A DNA stretch of 58,156 nt, filler included, from Sphacelaria rigidula (Eukaryota), in NCBI GenBank assembly GCA_964200075.2. It is 7 parts of 7 records of this genome, joined end to end, with 100 filler letters (N's around TTAATTAATTAA, not from the genome) between each part and the next. Parts side by side here need not be neighbours in the genome. Positions count along the whole stretch, not along the records: positions 1 to 8,224 come from CAXNAA020011862.1; positions 8,325 to 16,547 come from CAXNAA020011863.1; 5 more parts are not named here. One strand, written 5' to 3'. Shown here piece by piece: positions 1-11,668 of the stretch. Below the pieces are notes generated by a model. That model did not search any database, had not been told where the DNA came from, and saw only the letters and a program-made list of their open reading frames with translations. A program made the position numbers and the translations under genes. The stretch's first letter is position 1. Every line of letters starts with the position of its first letter.

Positions 1-3000
1 CGGCTGGCTCTGTTCCGGCTTTGTAGGGATGCGAGGTCAATGGTCTGGTGACTGTGACATGCAAGATCATGAGTCCCCCCCCCCCCCCTCCCCCCTTCCC
101 TCTTTTCCCCGGAAACGGGGAAAAAACGGCCACTTTCATGCCGACTGCTTTATATTGACTACTACACGCATACAGATTTGTATGTCGATACCCGAAATTT
201 TAGTTCGGCCGCTGGCCCATGCAGGAGGCCGCGTAAAAAACAAACAAACACGGGGTTCAACTACAAAAATAACAAGGATTCAAAAATTTCATCGCTAACG
301 GCATCAGACAAGGTTGAGGGCCCGTGTAAACCTAGCCAACTTACTCATGTGTTGGAGGAAGTATGTATAGTACTACTGTAGTACGCATATAACGGTCATG
401 TCTGTGCCATCAAGATTCACGATGTGCGACACGCGGCCGTGAGTTATGTGTAATTCTGTGGGTTACGTCCTCCATGAAAGAAGGTCTTTATCCCACCTGG
501 TGCCCTTCTTTGCGCAACGAATGCACGTTGAATACCTGCGCCCAGGTTCCAACGACCCCCTACGTGGAGCGAGATCATCCGAGTGTACGTGGACATAGAG
601 TTCGAGTTGTGACGTTGGACGGTACAACAGTACGACGATCTCATGCAGCGACCATGAGATATGATGGCGCGGCAAAAAAACATCCGTTATCGTTCGACGG
701 CACCGCATGATGACCGCACGATCGAAAGCACTTGGGATCAAGACCATTAACGTACAATCCTGCACGCATCCACTGCCCAGTACGATCGCTAACGGTAGAT
801 GCGGAAGATCCCCAGGCTTCACAGTGGGGGTGCAACGTGTAGAGCACTTCTGGAACGCCGGTCGGGGCACACCGTACGTGAGATAGGGCACCGCAATCGA
901 TCTTGAGGTGAGAGCACCACGACACCCCTGATGCACTAATTCTGCGCGAAGCTGGAGTGCTGAAGATCCCGCGCACCCGACTGCTTTCCCCTCGTTCCCG
1001 CTGATGATTGTGAGTTTTGAACGAAATTGAGGATGCCTGCATTTGGGGATAACATCCTTCCGCACGAACCCCCGACCATTACAATCACAAAATAAAAATA
1101 AAACCACACGGCTGACACGTTGTGCCCATCGATCGTTGTCCCGTCTCCACCGGACAGGGAGTGAAGTGCCTGCACTACTCCCACCCCCATCCTGTCCGAC
1201 ATACGCCACATCCGCGGCTGAGAGGAGATCTCCACTGACGCACTCCGAACGTGCAGCGCCGATGGAAAATCTGAAGAACATCGCCAGGGGTACGGCCGAC
1301 GAAGGGAGCGCAGCGTGAAATTGGCCAAGTCCTCTTCAGTACGGAAAAGATACGGCGACTGTACTGTTCAGTGCCTCAAAGGCATCCCTCGCGTACGCTG
1401 ATGGCGCATCTGTAGAAAACCAGGGGTTGGAGGGATGCAACGTCCGTCCGACCGCAGAACTTAACAAGTTCAAACGTCGATCGGGCGGGGAAGGCGTGAC
1501 TTGTGAAGTATCGATTACTTCGGCGTCGCAAATACACGGCAGGTATCGCCATGGAATCCGCCGGCAATAACTCTCATATAAGTGGGTAACACCCCCCGTA
1601 AAAGCGAGAAAGCTGCCGGCGGTAGACTCGTGAAGGTGCAGAAATAAAATCCGTCAGCCAAAGGGAAGAAAAGACGTACCCCGCCCAACGTCGGCAGAGG
1701 CACACCCCCGCATGCTCACGTACGTACAACGAGACGGAAGAGTACCGCGACGAATCACCCGGAGGTTGACAGCGCATGGGAAGCATGGCGTAAACAACAG
1801 GGGGCTGCGGTGCAGCACAGAAACGGGGTTGAAGGAATATCAGCTGCTTGCAAGACACTTTCCCGAGGAAGCACCGACACCCGCATCCCCACACAAGGCA
1901 CGGCGACATTCGCCTTGAGGGTCACCGGGAGGATTTTTCACGCCGTGGGGACACCATAACAAGCGACCAGGTTCGCGATGCACCTCGCAACCAACTCCTA
2001 CGGGCGCGTCAGCGCCAAAATCGAAGCGGGAAAAGAAGAAGGCTACATATGTTGCCACCCCTGGGGTCGACCCCGGCCGGGTAGAGCGTGTCGACAGCTC
2101 ATCTTTGGCGGGTTCGGAACAAGAGTAAGGAGCGTCGGCGCCAACGAACGGGGCTACCAGTAGGGTAGTGAGGCATCCCGACCGCCAGGCACCACCCCCC
2201 CCCCCGACACTGATCGTGGTGAACATCGCGCCCGCGGTGAAAGAGGGGGGATGTCGACGCGACTCAGTAGTTCTCAAGGTGCCCCCGGGAATCGTGATAG
2301 CTGCAGGAGGGAGCATTCCGCGTCGGCAGGGTCTGACTCAGTTAGTGATATGAGGGAGCGTAAACGACGTAAGCGGGTTTGCAATCGCGATGTGTGCGGC
2401 ATCCAATTCCTCGTCGTCGACAACGCATGCAACACGGGCTCCTCTTGCGGTCGGATACACGACCCGGTATCGCGACTGCGCTTCGCCTGCCATCGACCAG
2501 GACCCGGCGAAGGCAATGCCTGGCGTCATCTTGGCGCGGCACGATTCCCGGATGCTCCGCTATCTCTGGACTCGTGTGCGGATGGTGAAGGTGTACGCCC
2601 AGCTGCGCTTCTGCAAAACATCAAGCGAGTTCAGATTGCTTGTAAAGCCGGCATGATCATTTGTGACGCTCCATTGACCGACACAGGATTACGAGTGATG
2701 AGACGGAAGGCAAATTCTCTTCCTACGCTTTGCTGCACATCCGAGATTCTTGGTTTGATTCCCCCCCTACCCCTGCCAAGCCGGACGACGTTGCAGAAGC
2801 ACACCATGACGTAATTGCGGCCGTTGAGGTGGGGCGCGTCGTGGGTCTGGAGGATGCTCAATCCTGGCTGGCCGAAGCCAGAGTATTAGCGAACACCCGG
2901 GCTGTTCTAGGCAAGCGCACCAGGGAGCAATCGCTGGGAGTTGTCGATGCGGTGGAGGTGGCCGGCGCCGTCGACGTCAAGCTTGAGAAGACAAGCGAGG

Positions 3001-3329
3001 TCAAGGGGGCTGCACGCGATGGGCGGCACAAGTCCATCCATCTCTTTCCTTCCGTGGTGGCGCCCGAGGTAGGCATGGCGGCCGACGTCGATCTTCGCAA
3101 TATGCGTGCCAGGGTACGAGAACTGGAGCGTTCCGTCTTCGCCTCACCGCGCAGATCGAGAGTGTCCAGGCGGTTAAACCCGCACTCCAGCGGGTGGCAG
3201 CTGCCGGTTCGGCGGAGAAAAAACGGGCCGTGGTCATAGCGGCTGGGTCTATCGCCAGGATGGACGTCGAAAGTCCACAAGAACTAAGGAACGTTTCGGG
3301 GGATAGGGATCAGAAATACGCAGCCGACA

Positions 3330-6125
3330 CAAGGAGGAGTATTCAACCCATGAATCAACTTCTGAAAAATGATGCGCCGCCGGCACTGTTGGCATTGCTG
3401 AGCAGTCTGTGCTGTTTGAATGTGTCGAGTGGTGATCCAGACTTGCTTTTCCGACCGTGGAGGACGCAAGGAGTTGTAGGCAAGGGGGTTCCGTATATGT
3501 GTCTTGCTCCGCCGCGGCGGATGATGTCGCCGTGCCGGCACCGCGGGATAGCGGGGCGGGTTTGGTGGTCACCCTCGGGCGGGTCTGGTGGTGGTACGGA
3601 TAATGGGACACGGGGGCGCAGTTCAACGGGGATCAGCGATGTCCCGCGCCAGCGCAAGAACACATGGATCGACGCAGAGGGAAAAGGCGCTGCGCAATAG
3701 GATGAACAGGAAGAGGCAGGTCGGGAGGCTGTACATGCTCGCGCAATACCTTGTGAAGACTGGTTTAGGCCGGGAATTGAGAGCAAGGCACGATTTCCGT
3801 TTAGTGTAGGTGTTGAAAACGCGCGGAGCGCCCGTGGCTGTCATTGACTACGTCGCCGCCCACGGGCTCTGCATGGCAGAAGCGATGCGATAAAAGCGGG
3901 AGCAGTTTTACGTGAGGTGGAGGTTGGATAAACATCTCATGGCCCCTGCATTGACGGCTGCTGCGATTCCTTAGGACAACTGCGATTTTGGCTCACGACG
4001 AGTGTTATGGGGGTCGGCGCACATGTGAGCACTAAAGCAGTCACCCACGTGGCTATAGAAAATCTCCCTGGGCATATGTCGCTCATGCACGCGCACCGCC
4101 GGCTAGGAGAGCTGATGGCTGCCGATATCACGACGGGACCCCTCTGACGCAGGGGCGGCGAGCAATGGCAGCGTTACCTCTCCGTCTTCGACGATACAGC
4201 ATTCTTTTGCGCGGTGGCGAGGATCGCAGGTGAAAGTGGCCACGTCGACGCGTGCTTGGGGATCGAACTCAGACAGGTGAAGAGAGTTGCCAAGTTTTGG
4301 ACACTCTTAGTCTGAACGTGTACGCGTATTTTTCGAAGCCTCTCTCTTCAATTTTGGTCGGGACATTAGTGTCGAAACATGACAACTTGACGCGCCTGTG
4401 CAGGTGGCCCAGCGTTGCGTCTGACATGAGAATATTTTGATGTTGGGGGCTGAGCTCGCATGAACTTCAGGTTGTTTATACATCGGTTAGTGTTCTACGG
4501 TAATGACATAAATTCGTGCGGCCGCCGCGCCCGTGTAATCCAATTGGATTTACCCGTACCAAGTAGTTTGGAAAGCTGCGGGTTCGATATCGCCACAGAC
4601 CCCGTTTTTATCTTGCCTATACGGTACTTGATCCCCACCGTGAAAATACACGAGTAAGCGAGTAGGATTACATGTCATAGGATGCAGGAGTGCTTCTCCC
4701 ACTTGAGATGCCAGATTGAATGCCGTGCGCAGCGGGAGATATGGGGTGGCCCCACGAGACGACGTGCTCACCTCGCAAAAGGGCATGGATTGAGGGTGCG
4801 AAGGCAAACAAATGCCTAACGGAGCGTATACCCACACCATCCGCCCTCGTTTGGTCGCGTGCTCAAATCCCTCCACTAGGCGATACCGATGATGCAGAGG
4901 GAGCCGCAGGTGTTCAAGTACCTCTTTATGCAACTGGGTACCACGAAGAGTTGGTCCAACTCGGAGGCCGCCATCGATCGCCTTGCTGATATACGCCGCG
5001 TGGATGAGAGGGGCGCGGCGGCATGTATGGTTGCCGGCGATGAGGAGACCAGATGCCAGTCGCAATTGTTGCGAAGGCGGTCGAGATAGCCCCACAGAGG
5101 GCGGGTCGAAGTATTTAGCCGGGATCTGAATTGGAGATTCAGATTCCGAGTGCACGGCTCGGAGAGAGAGGATTCGGCATCGGAAGCGGGTAAAGACCAC
5201 GACGATGAACTCGCATTTTGATTGAACCTGTAGAGAACGCGGAGACATATTCCCTGCAGATGAGTTGCGGAGGTATATATGTAAGCCTGGCGGTTGTCTT
5301 CTGCAGACGGAAGTTATAACCCGCTCAACAGGGGTGGATGAGAAAGTTGTATAGTGCTTAGTGCAGCGCGCCCTTGGGTGCAGACGTCTACGGTGGGCAG
5401 TCCGGCGACGCCCTTGGGCGAATCGCCGGTTGTATCTGAAGATAAATAGTGATACTTATCGAATGATTCATGAAACACAAACCAGGCGCAAGCCATGATC
5501 TTGTTGCGAACCTTTTGGAAAACTGTACAACACGACCACCGCACGCGAATCGACTCCAGTCGTGAGACAGCGTCCGTAGCGTTCTGCATAGCGGGCGAAC
5601 CACCAGGAATCCTATCTTTGGTATGATCGATAACAACCGGCCATGGGAATTGAGGGCGCTTTTCATTGAGGATGATGAGGCGGGTAAGAAAAATCTTGCT
5701 ACCCACACCATTTTTTCGAAACATGGTTGCATTCCTTCACGTACCGGTAGTTATTTCTGACCACTGCACGCGACAAATTTGGAATCCGAGAGCGGAAATT
5801 TTCGGGTTACTTGTGATTGTGTTTTTTTGTGGGGGGTGCAGGTGATCGAAATGGAACGCCTGAGTCCCATCCTCCATGTCGAGGATCAGCGGTTCAATGT
5901 GCTGAAGGCTGGAGGGACACCGGATGGTGTTCTTCATTCCTGTCTCCTTCATATGTGTATGTTCCCCGCCGAACTTCCGTCTGCACCACACCGGACTGTC
6001 GATGTGACCACCTATGCTTCGAAGAAAACTCTGGCGCCATTTCTGCGGAATCACCCTTTTGTTTCCGACAGCTTAGACCATATTTGATAGCAATCGATGA
6101 ACTATTGCACAAATCAGATGCTTTT
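3330..6125 (+). pseudogene. Decayed Academ-like DDE DNA transposase
   Basis: Motifs occur in the expected order across stops and frameshifts: APPALLALLSSLC; RLYMLAQYLVKTGLGRELRARHDFRLV*VLKTRGAPVAVIDYVAAHGLCM; *DNCDF (~3972); AIPMMQREPQVFKYLFMQLG/YHEE (~4880-4950); IAIDELL (~6086). The family match is from recalled motifs. Confidence 0.55.
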
Positions 6126-6399
6126 TAACCGTTTACAGGCGATTTTCTCCCGTGAATTGGTTTTTCGGACCCTAGTCCGCCGGGCAATCTTTTTTCGGTT
6201 AGCTGATAGAAAACCAGGTCAATTCTCCGAATCTCTGGACGTTGACTTTTGTTTTATCACCTTTCTGCTTAAATCGGAACACTTTTGCGTCTCCCCCAAT
6301 TAAAAACAAAACCGGGAAAAAACTGAGTTTCACGCATAACTTGGCGCATGCAGTACTCCGGCAGGATTATACACACCCTCCTCAGTAGGTCGTAGCTGC

Positions 6400-8065
6400 C
6401 CACAGGTGTTCCGTTTTTCTTCCGTATCTAGTTTATCGATTTCCCACTCGTTCAACTTCCTGCCCTGCCCATTTCTTTTAGCTCTCGTCTGTTGGCTTTC
6501 TATCCATATTAGGCAATGATCTGTGGTTCCCACGTCCTCCGCGCATACATGCACTTCCATTTCTTTAGTATTTCCATGCTCTACCGGTATGTAGTCAAGA
6601 ACGGAGCGTTCCCTCTCGTCTTTGCATTTCCTGGTCCATGTCCATTGCGCTTCTGGCTTCAGTGCTCTATCGTTCAGCGTCTTCATCTCGTCATGCTCAA
6701 GGAACTTGAGCATTTCTACCCCATTCGTACTCTTCTTATCTTCTCCGTATTGCCCAATGGTATCATCCTGTTGACCTGCTCTTCCTACTAATGCATTCAA
6801 ATCTCCTACGAACATCACCTCTCCTTGCCTTTTATACGTATGTATATCTGCTGATATCTCTCCATACCTCCTCTGCTGTATCTCGTTCACCCTACTCTTC
6901 TATTCTGGGGGCATGTACATGTTTCCTACGAAGAAGTCCTTCGTTCCCCACTCTCCTGGTACCATTATTGACATGCTCTCGTCGAATTTCGTGTCATTGA
7001 TCACTTGTATAATGTCACACAGGTAGTCCTTGACTAAGAGTCCTTTTTTCCCCGCTCCCCTGCCCTCGAGATTCTGTCCCTCCCGCTTTTCCCCCATCCA
7101 TGCGTACTCTTCAACTTTACATCGTATTTCCCTCCCCTATTTCTCCCATGACTCTTGGATTCCCACTATATCTAAGTCGTGCTCACTCACTTGTTGCGCT
7201 ATATCTTCTCTTTTGCACTTGTCTGTGACGAATCCACACACGTCCCACGATCCTATTCTCAACTTCCTTTCCGAATCATTATGTGCTCCCTTGTTGTCTA
7301 CTGTTCTCTCTTCGTTGCTTGTGCTTCTACATTCCCTTGCTTGGTTGTTCTTCCCGTTTCTGGTTGGTCTTTGTCCATTCGCTTCGGGCCGCTCTGTCCC
7401 CTGCTTCTGTTTCCCTCTGTTTACCCGTTGACTACGTCCAAGGTTGGTTGTCCCATTATCTATGCACACTCTCCACCCTACTCTTCTAACCCATGCCGAC
7501 ACCTAACTTGTCTCTATCCTTTCCCACTCGTAGCTCGCGCTCTGTTTTAGCGTGACTCGGAAGTGTTCTCCCTCCCTTTCCACTTTTCCTGTTGCCGAAC
7601 AGTATAGTCCTACTTCATTTCAATTCCTTTCAAACTCAATCCTCGTCATATCGCTACGAACTCCGAATACCGGCACTACTAGTACTTTACCCGTCCACTC
7701 TTTACTTCTCCATCCACCCTTCCTTACCGTCTCTATCTCTCTATCTCTTTCGAGAAAATCTCCTGCTTGTTTGTTTCGAGTGTATTGGTGGGATGTAGTC
7801 AAGATAGTGGAATATCCCAACCCTAGTACTTGTTGGGGGGTCTGGTACCTTTTAGTTCTTTTGCTGGCTCACCGGCACTGAATGATTCCTCCAACACGGG
7901 CTCGTAGCCTGAAGCCATTTTCAACACCTTTGACACAAGTACCTCACGTTTGTACTAGGCGACCTTCATGGTAAACCATCGAAGCATCCCGCAATCGTAT
8001 ATTCTATCTTCTTGACCCGCTGCTGTACTGATTACTCTCCTCCAGTGAGGTCATTTTCACCGTGT
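6400..8065 (-). mobile_element. Non-LTR retrotransposon (LINE) fragment: ORF1 remnant plus APE endonuclease, no RT domain
   Basis: One frame with two internal stops reads KLRIGSWDVCG, DLDIVGIQESW, GNMYMPP, FVGDLNA, SVLDYI, TDHCLI, which are the APE motifs. An upstream YLCQRC may be an ORF1 zinc finger remnant. Confidence 0.9.
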
Positions 8066-8069
8066 AAGG

Positions 8070-8206
8070 TTCAAGGACGGCTTGCTTGCATAAACACAAG
8101 GTCTTACTCATATCGGGATGTCCCGTACATCACTTCTCCCCACTCCGTGTATGTACGGGACATCCCGGTGTGAGTAAGACCTTGTGTTATGCAAGCCGTC
8201 CTCGAA
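8070..8206. repeat. Near-perfect foldback with ~56-60 bp arms
   Basis: aggacggcttgc..ataaacacaaggtcttactcatatcgggatgtcccgtacat pairs with atgtacgggacatcccggtgtgagtaagaccttgtgttatgcaagccgtcct. Confidence 0.9.
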
Positions 8207-8224
8207 GCTTATGCGGTGATAATG

Positions 8225-8324
8225 NNNNNNNNNNNNNNNNNNNNNNNNNNNNNNNNNNNNNNNNNNNNTTAATTAATTAANNNNNNNNNNNNNNNNNNNN
8301 NNNNNNNNNNNNNNNNNNNNNNNN
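8225..8324. other. Artificial contig linker
   Basis: N44-TTAATTAATTAA-N44. Confidence 0.99.
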
Positions 8325-8495
8325 CGAAACCTCGGGGCCAAGGGAATCTGAAAAGCAGACTAGGCTCCTTTCTGTGGGATGATGCAAACTGTCCAAGACG
8401 TGTGTTGGCGATTTTCCCTGTTTGGGGGTCAAAAAGGGGTTCAAACGTCTCGAAAATGAACAATCCGTGGGCCAAAAATCTGTGTGCCATAACAT
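8325..8495. repeat. Dispersed repeat; inverted copy at ~16310-16487, related sequence at ~22790-23310
   Basis: ccaagggaatctgaaaagcagactaggctcct is the reverse complement of aggagcctagtctgcttttcagattcccttgg at the other end of the contig. Confidence 0.85.
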
Positions 8496-8615
8496 GCGGT
8501 CGAATGTGCAGAAATAATGGTACGTGATCGTGCACACTGCCAATATCATTAAAATGCTCTGGAATGACACTTCCACTTGTATCCTTGGCATGGACTGACT
8601 GCATTGACACACCAG

Positions 8616-8767
8616 GTAAGGTGGATGCGGTGGCTGTGGGCGCTGATAGGATAGCTGCTAACGGAGACACCGCCAACAAGATTGGCACGCTTCAGCTGGC
8701 GATTGCCGCCGCTTACTACGGCGTCCCCTTCCTCGTCGTAGCCCCGCTCACCTCTTGCGACCCCGAG
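8616..8767 (+). CDS. MRI1: Exon: methylthioribose-1-phosphate isomerase (MtnA) part of MtnA-MtnK fusion
   Basis: cag|...|gt. Reads [50 protein letters not shown], the MtnA/eIF2B-family signature. Confidence 0.95.
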
Positions 8768-9266
8768 GTACTCCCGAACGCCGCGCCCTGGTGGTCCCAA
8801 CAGTGTTGATGTTTCGTAGAGCTTTTTTTCTGTTTTCCTGCTTTTGGTTGCCTCAACACGTACGAAAAACTCGCCTCGCGCAATCTGCCGAGTAGAGCGC
8901 TATTCCAAAGATCGACAAAAACGTGCACAGTGGGCAGCGACCGGAGGAGAGGAAGATGGGCTCGCATCTTGGGGACTCGGATTTGAACACTGGTTGCTTT
9001 TGCTTCTCTCGTAGATAATCCTGGTCCTGTAACGGGTTTGTACCTTGAGTCTACGGATGCACACTGCGGAAGTGGGAGGGGGTGAATATTCTGACGGGAA
9101 GTTCTCATATTGTCGTTTGAGCATATTTGTCATTATTCGGTCGTCGTCCCCACACCATTCCTGTCTTTGCACACCGTTTCGTTCCCGTTATGGACGAATA
9201 ATGATGAGAATAATAAGAATAATAATGACAATAAAATAACAATAATGATGATAATATTAATAATAA

Positions 9267-9267
<1 letters not shown>

Positions 9268-9297
<30 letters not shown>

Positions 9298-9300
9298 AAG
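9268..9300. repeat. (AAG)11 microsatellite preceded by an (AAT)-rich tract
   Basis: Read directly from the sequence. Confidence 0.95.
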
Positions 9301-9638
9301 AATGACGAAGGGGGATGGTACTTTGGTTTGTGGATCATGGCCCATGCAAACTGAAAACCAGCGCTTCCCACATAGATCAAAATCGAAATACGCACATGAG
9401 TCCGGGTTCTCGTGCTGGTGGCCATATCACCGCCAGCTCTGAACAGCTCTTTTCATGGATGATGACCGTGGCAGTACTGTTCATTCATGCAAAATATCTT
9501 AAGTAATTGTTTCGGCACATGTTACTTTTGGCCACGGCCAGATGTATAGCCGATCACTCTCGGTGAGGTTTGCATCCTATCAATTCCTCAATGGTTCTCT
9601 CTCCTCCATTGGATCATGACCCAAACGTACATTACCAG

Positions 9639-9875
9639 ACCGCCACCGGCAGCGACATCGAGATCGAAGAACGCGCCGAGTCTGAGCTGAAGATCGTGGC
9701 GGGCGTGAAGATTGCGCCGGACGGTATCGGTGCATGGAACCCGGCTTTCGATGTAACACCCGGTGACTTGATCACCGCAATCGTCACTGACAAGGGAGTT
9801 ATTCGACCGGTTTCTCAGGGCGGCGGTGGTACCAAGAAAGCGTCGTTTGATGTAAAGGCGTTTGTTGCTAGTCAG
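9639..9875 (+). CDS. MRI1: Exon: MtnA C-terminus, with no stop codon before the donor
   Basis: cag|ACC...CAG|gtgtgt, phase 0/0. Reads [12 protein letters not shown]...[23 protein letters not shown]...[10 protein letters not shown]. Confidence 0.95.
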
Positions 9876-10275
9876 GTGTGTGTGAGTATGTGTTCGGGTG
9901 TGTTTATCTGTATGCGTATGCGTTTCTTTGTGTGTTGGATCTCAGTCTGGTGTGTTGTCTCTTTTTCCGCATTCCCCTTTTTCCAAGGGTCTACACGTTA
10001 CCCTCATTACGGTCATGTTTCACCTCAAACGTCGTCATTAGTCAAGCCAGGCTAGTGCTAGGTCTCCTGTAGCTCGGTCGGTCTTATACAGATCTATCGT
10101 ATTGTAGATGCCCTTTTTCGTGTAGATGATTTGTTTCTTGCCTTCCTCTGCGGGCTGTTTGGTTTATGGGTATGGGTGGCAAGCTCCTTGTACTCTGTGA
10201 CCACGGGTTCGAGGGATGAGGCCAATGTGACGCACATAATGATATTAACAACAATGATTATGATAATAATACGTA

Positions 10276-10360
10276 CTACGGTGGGTGACCGTGTGCGGAG
10301 CCCTCATTTGACTTGACTTTTCAACAGAGCTCCCCACGTTATCCCCGTCCCCCACCGTAG
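10276..10360. mobile_element. 85-bp MITE-like element flanked by TA (Tc1/mariner type)
   Basis: TA-ctacggtggg...cccaccgtag-TA. Confidence 0.5.
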
Positions 10361-11077
10361 TACCAGCCTGGCTCAAATTTGACGAGAAACGTGACGCGAC
10401 ATGACACGTAACGAGTGTAACGTGTAGACCCTTGCCTTTTTCGAGTTTCCGTAGTAGCCGGTGTTGTTATGTTTCGTTAGCCTTGGATGCGTCTATCTTG
10501 CGACTGCTGCTGGACTGTTGTCGGGACGCATGACGGAGCACTTGATGTGCGACACTGAATCCATCAATCAACGTGTCCTGGTTGTCCCAGACCTGTGTTG
10601 AGATTTCCGCGTTTCATTCAGAAAAATATATGCTGAGGCTGAAAAAAAAAATTTGGTTGTATCACTGTACTCGTTTGTGTTACTGAGGTCAATTCACGCA
10701 CGAAAAATACTCGTATTATTTGGTAAGATGTCTCGCGCATCATTCATCTTCAATATTGTTTTCTTCGGTTTAATTTACCCTCGACGTTTCATTACATTTA
10801 TTCCCCCCTCCGAGTTTCAACGCGCACACTCGAAACAGCACTTTGGACCTTCTTTTGTTGTGAGTCTTTTTTCCCGCGCTTTTTCGGAACATTATTTCGG
10901 ACTTTAGTTTCTTGTTGCTAGTTTTTTTAGGCACTTCTTTATTTTTCACTCTCTATCCTTCTACTGCGTTTTTCTACTGAGCAGTAGAGTACATCGAAAT
11001 AAGTCTGTGTCAATTCTCTTTTGTTTAACCCCGTATTTACAATCCTCGCGAACACACCACTCTAAACGTTACGGCAG

Positions 11078-11247
11078 GCGGCAGCAACGACAGCAGCAGG
11101 ACAGGAACGCAAGGCCGGAGACGATGCTGCTTCCGCAGCCGCACCCGACGCGGTAGCAGAAACACCCGCGGCTGAGGTGATCCCGCAGGGTTACTACGAG
11201 CTCACAGGCGAGGGTGTTGTGGCCAAGTACTTGGAGGGACTCCCGAG
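11078..11247 (+). CDS. Exon: Ala-rich linker plus N-terminus of methylthioribose kinase (MtnK)
   Basis: cag|GCG...AG|gtcagt, phase 0/2. Reads AAATTAAGQERKAGDDAASAAAPDAVAETPAAEVIPQGYYELTGEGVVAKYLEGLP. It bridges the phases of the flanking exons. Confidence 0.8.
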
Positions 11248-11453
11248 GTCAGTTTTTGTCGTAACATATTTTTCTTGTGGTCACACCTTCTTTTTTTTTT
11301 AAGTGAGTTTCGTGGTGTGGGTCGTAGCTTTAGGATAGAGGCAGTCTTTGATAATAGTTGAATGTGTAGCGAAACAGAAACGGCCTAATTCAATTTTGAT
11401 CGTAGTCAATTGTTGTGAGTCCACATTAATTTCACAAAGCGTAGCAAGAGGGA

Positions 11454-11668
11454 GGGGGGCGTACTTATTTGTTGCTCGCCTTAGTCGTTCGACCGCTGAC
11501 CGCGAGAGAGTGGGATGGACGTTACCAACAACGGCAAACATCACCTTCCCGCCCTCGCCCCCCCCCCCCCACCTCGAAGCTCGATGTGCCCCTTCCCGGC
11601 TTTGTAGGGGTGCGAGGTCAACGGTCATACGACTACTCGTACGGCATGCAAGACCATGAGTATCCCCC
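11454..11668. mobile_element. Short copy of the GGGGG(C/T)GTACTCAT-terminal element family
   Basis: Left end ggggggcgtacttatttgttgctcgccttagtcg; right end ggcatgcaagaccatgagtatccccc, an imperfect inverted copy. Confidence 0.65.

Noticed and set aside
463..1281. 272-aa minus-strand ORF
   Set aside because: It has no recognisable motifs or splice support and is probably a chance or antisense frame in decayed transposon DNA.
8960..9060. tRNA gene (similar cases at ~34070-34140, 45050-45120 and 50430-50497)
   Set aside because: Only A/B-box-like motifs are present and no cloverleaf could be folded, so these are better read as SINE heads.
8616..9875. Translation factor eIF2B subunit
   Set aside because: [21 protein letters not shown] and NPAFDVTP, plus fusion to MtnK, indicate MtnA.
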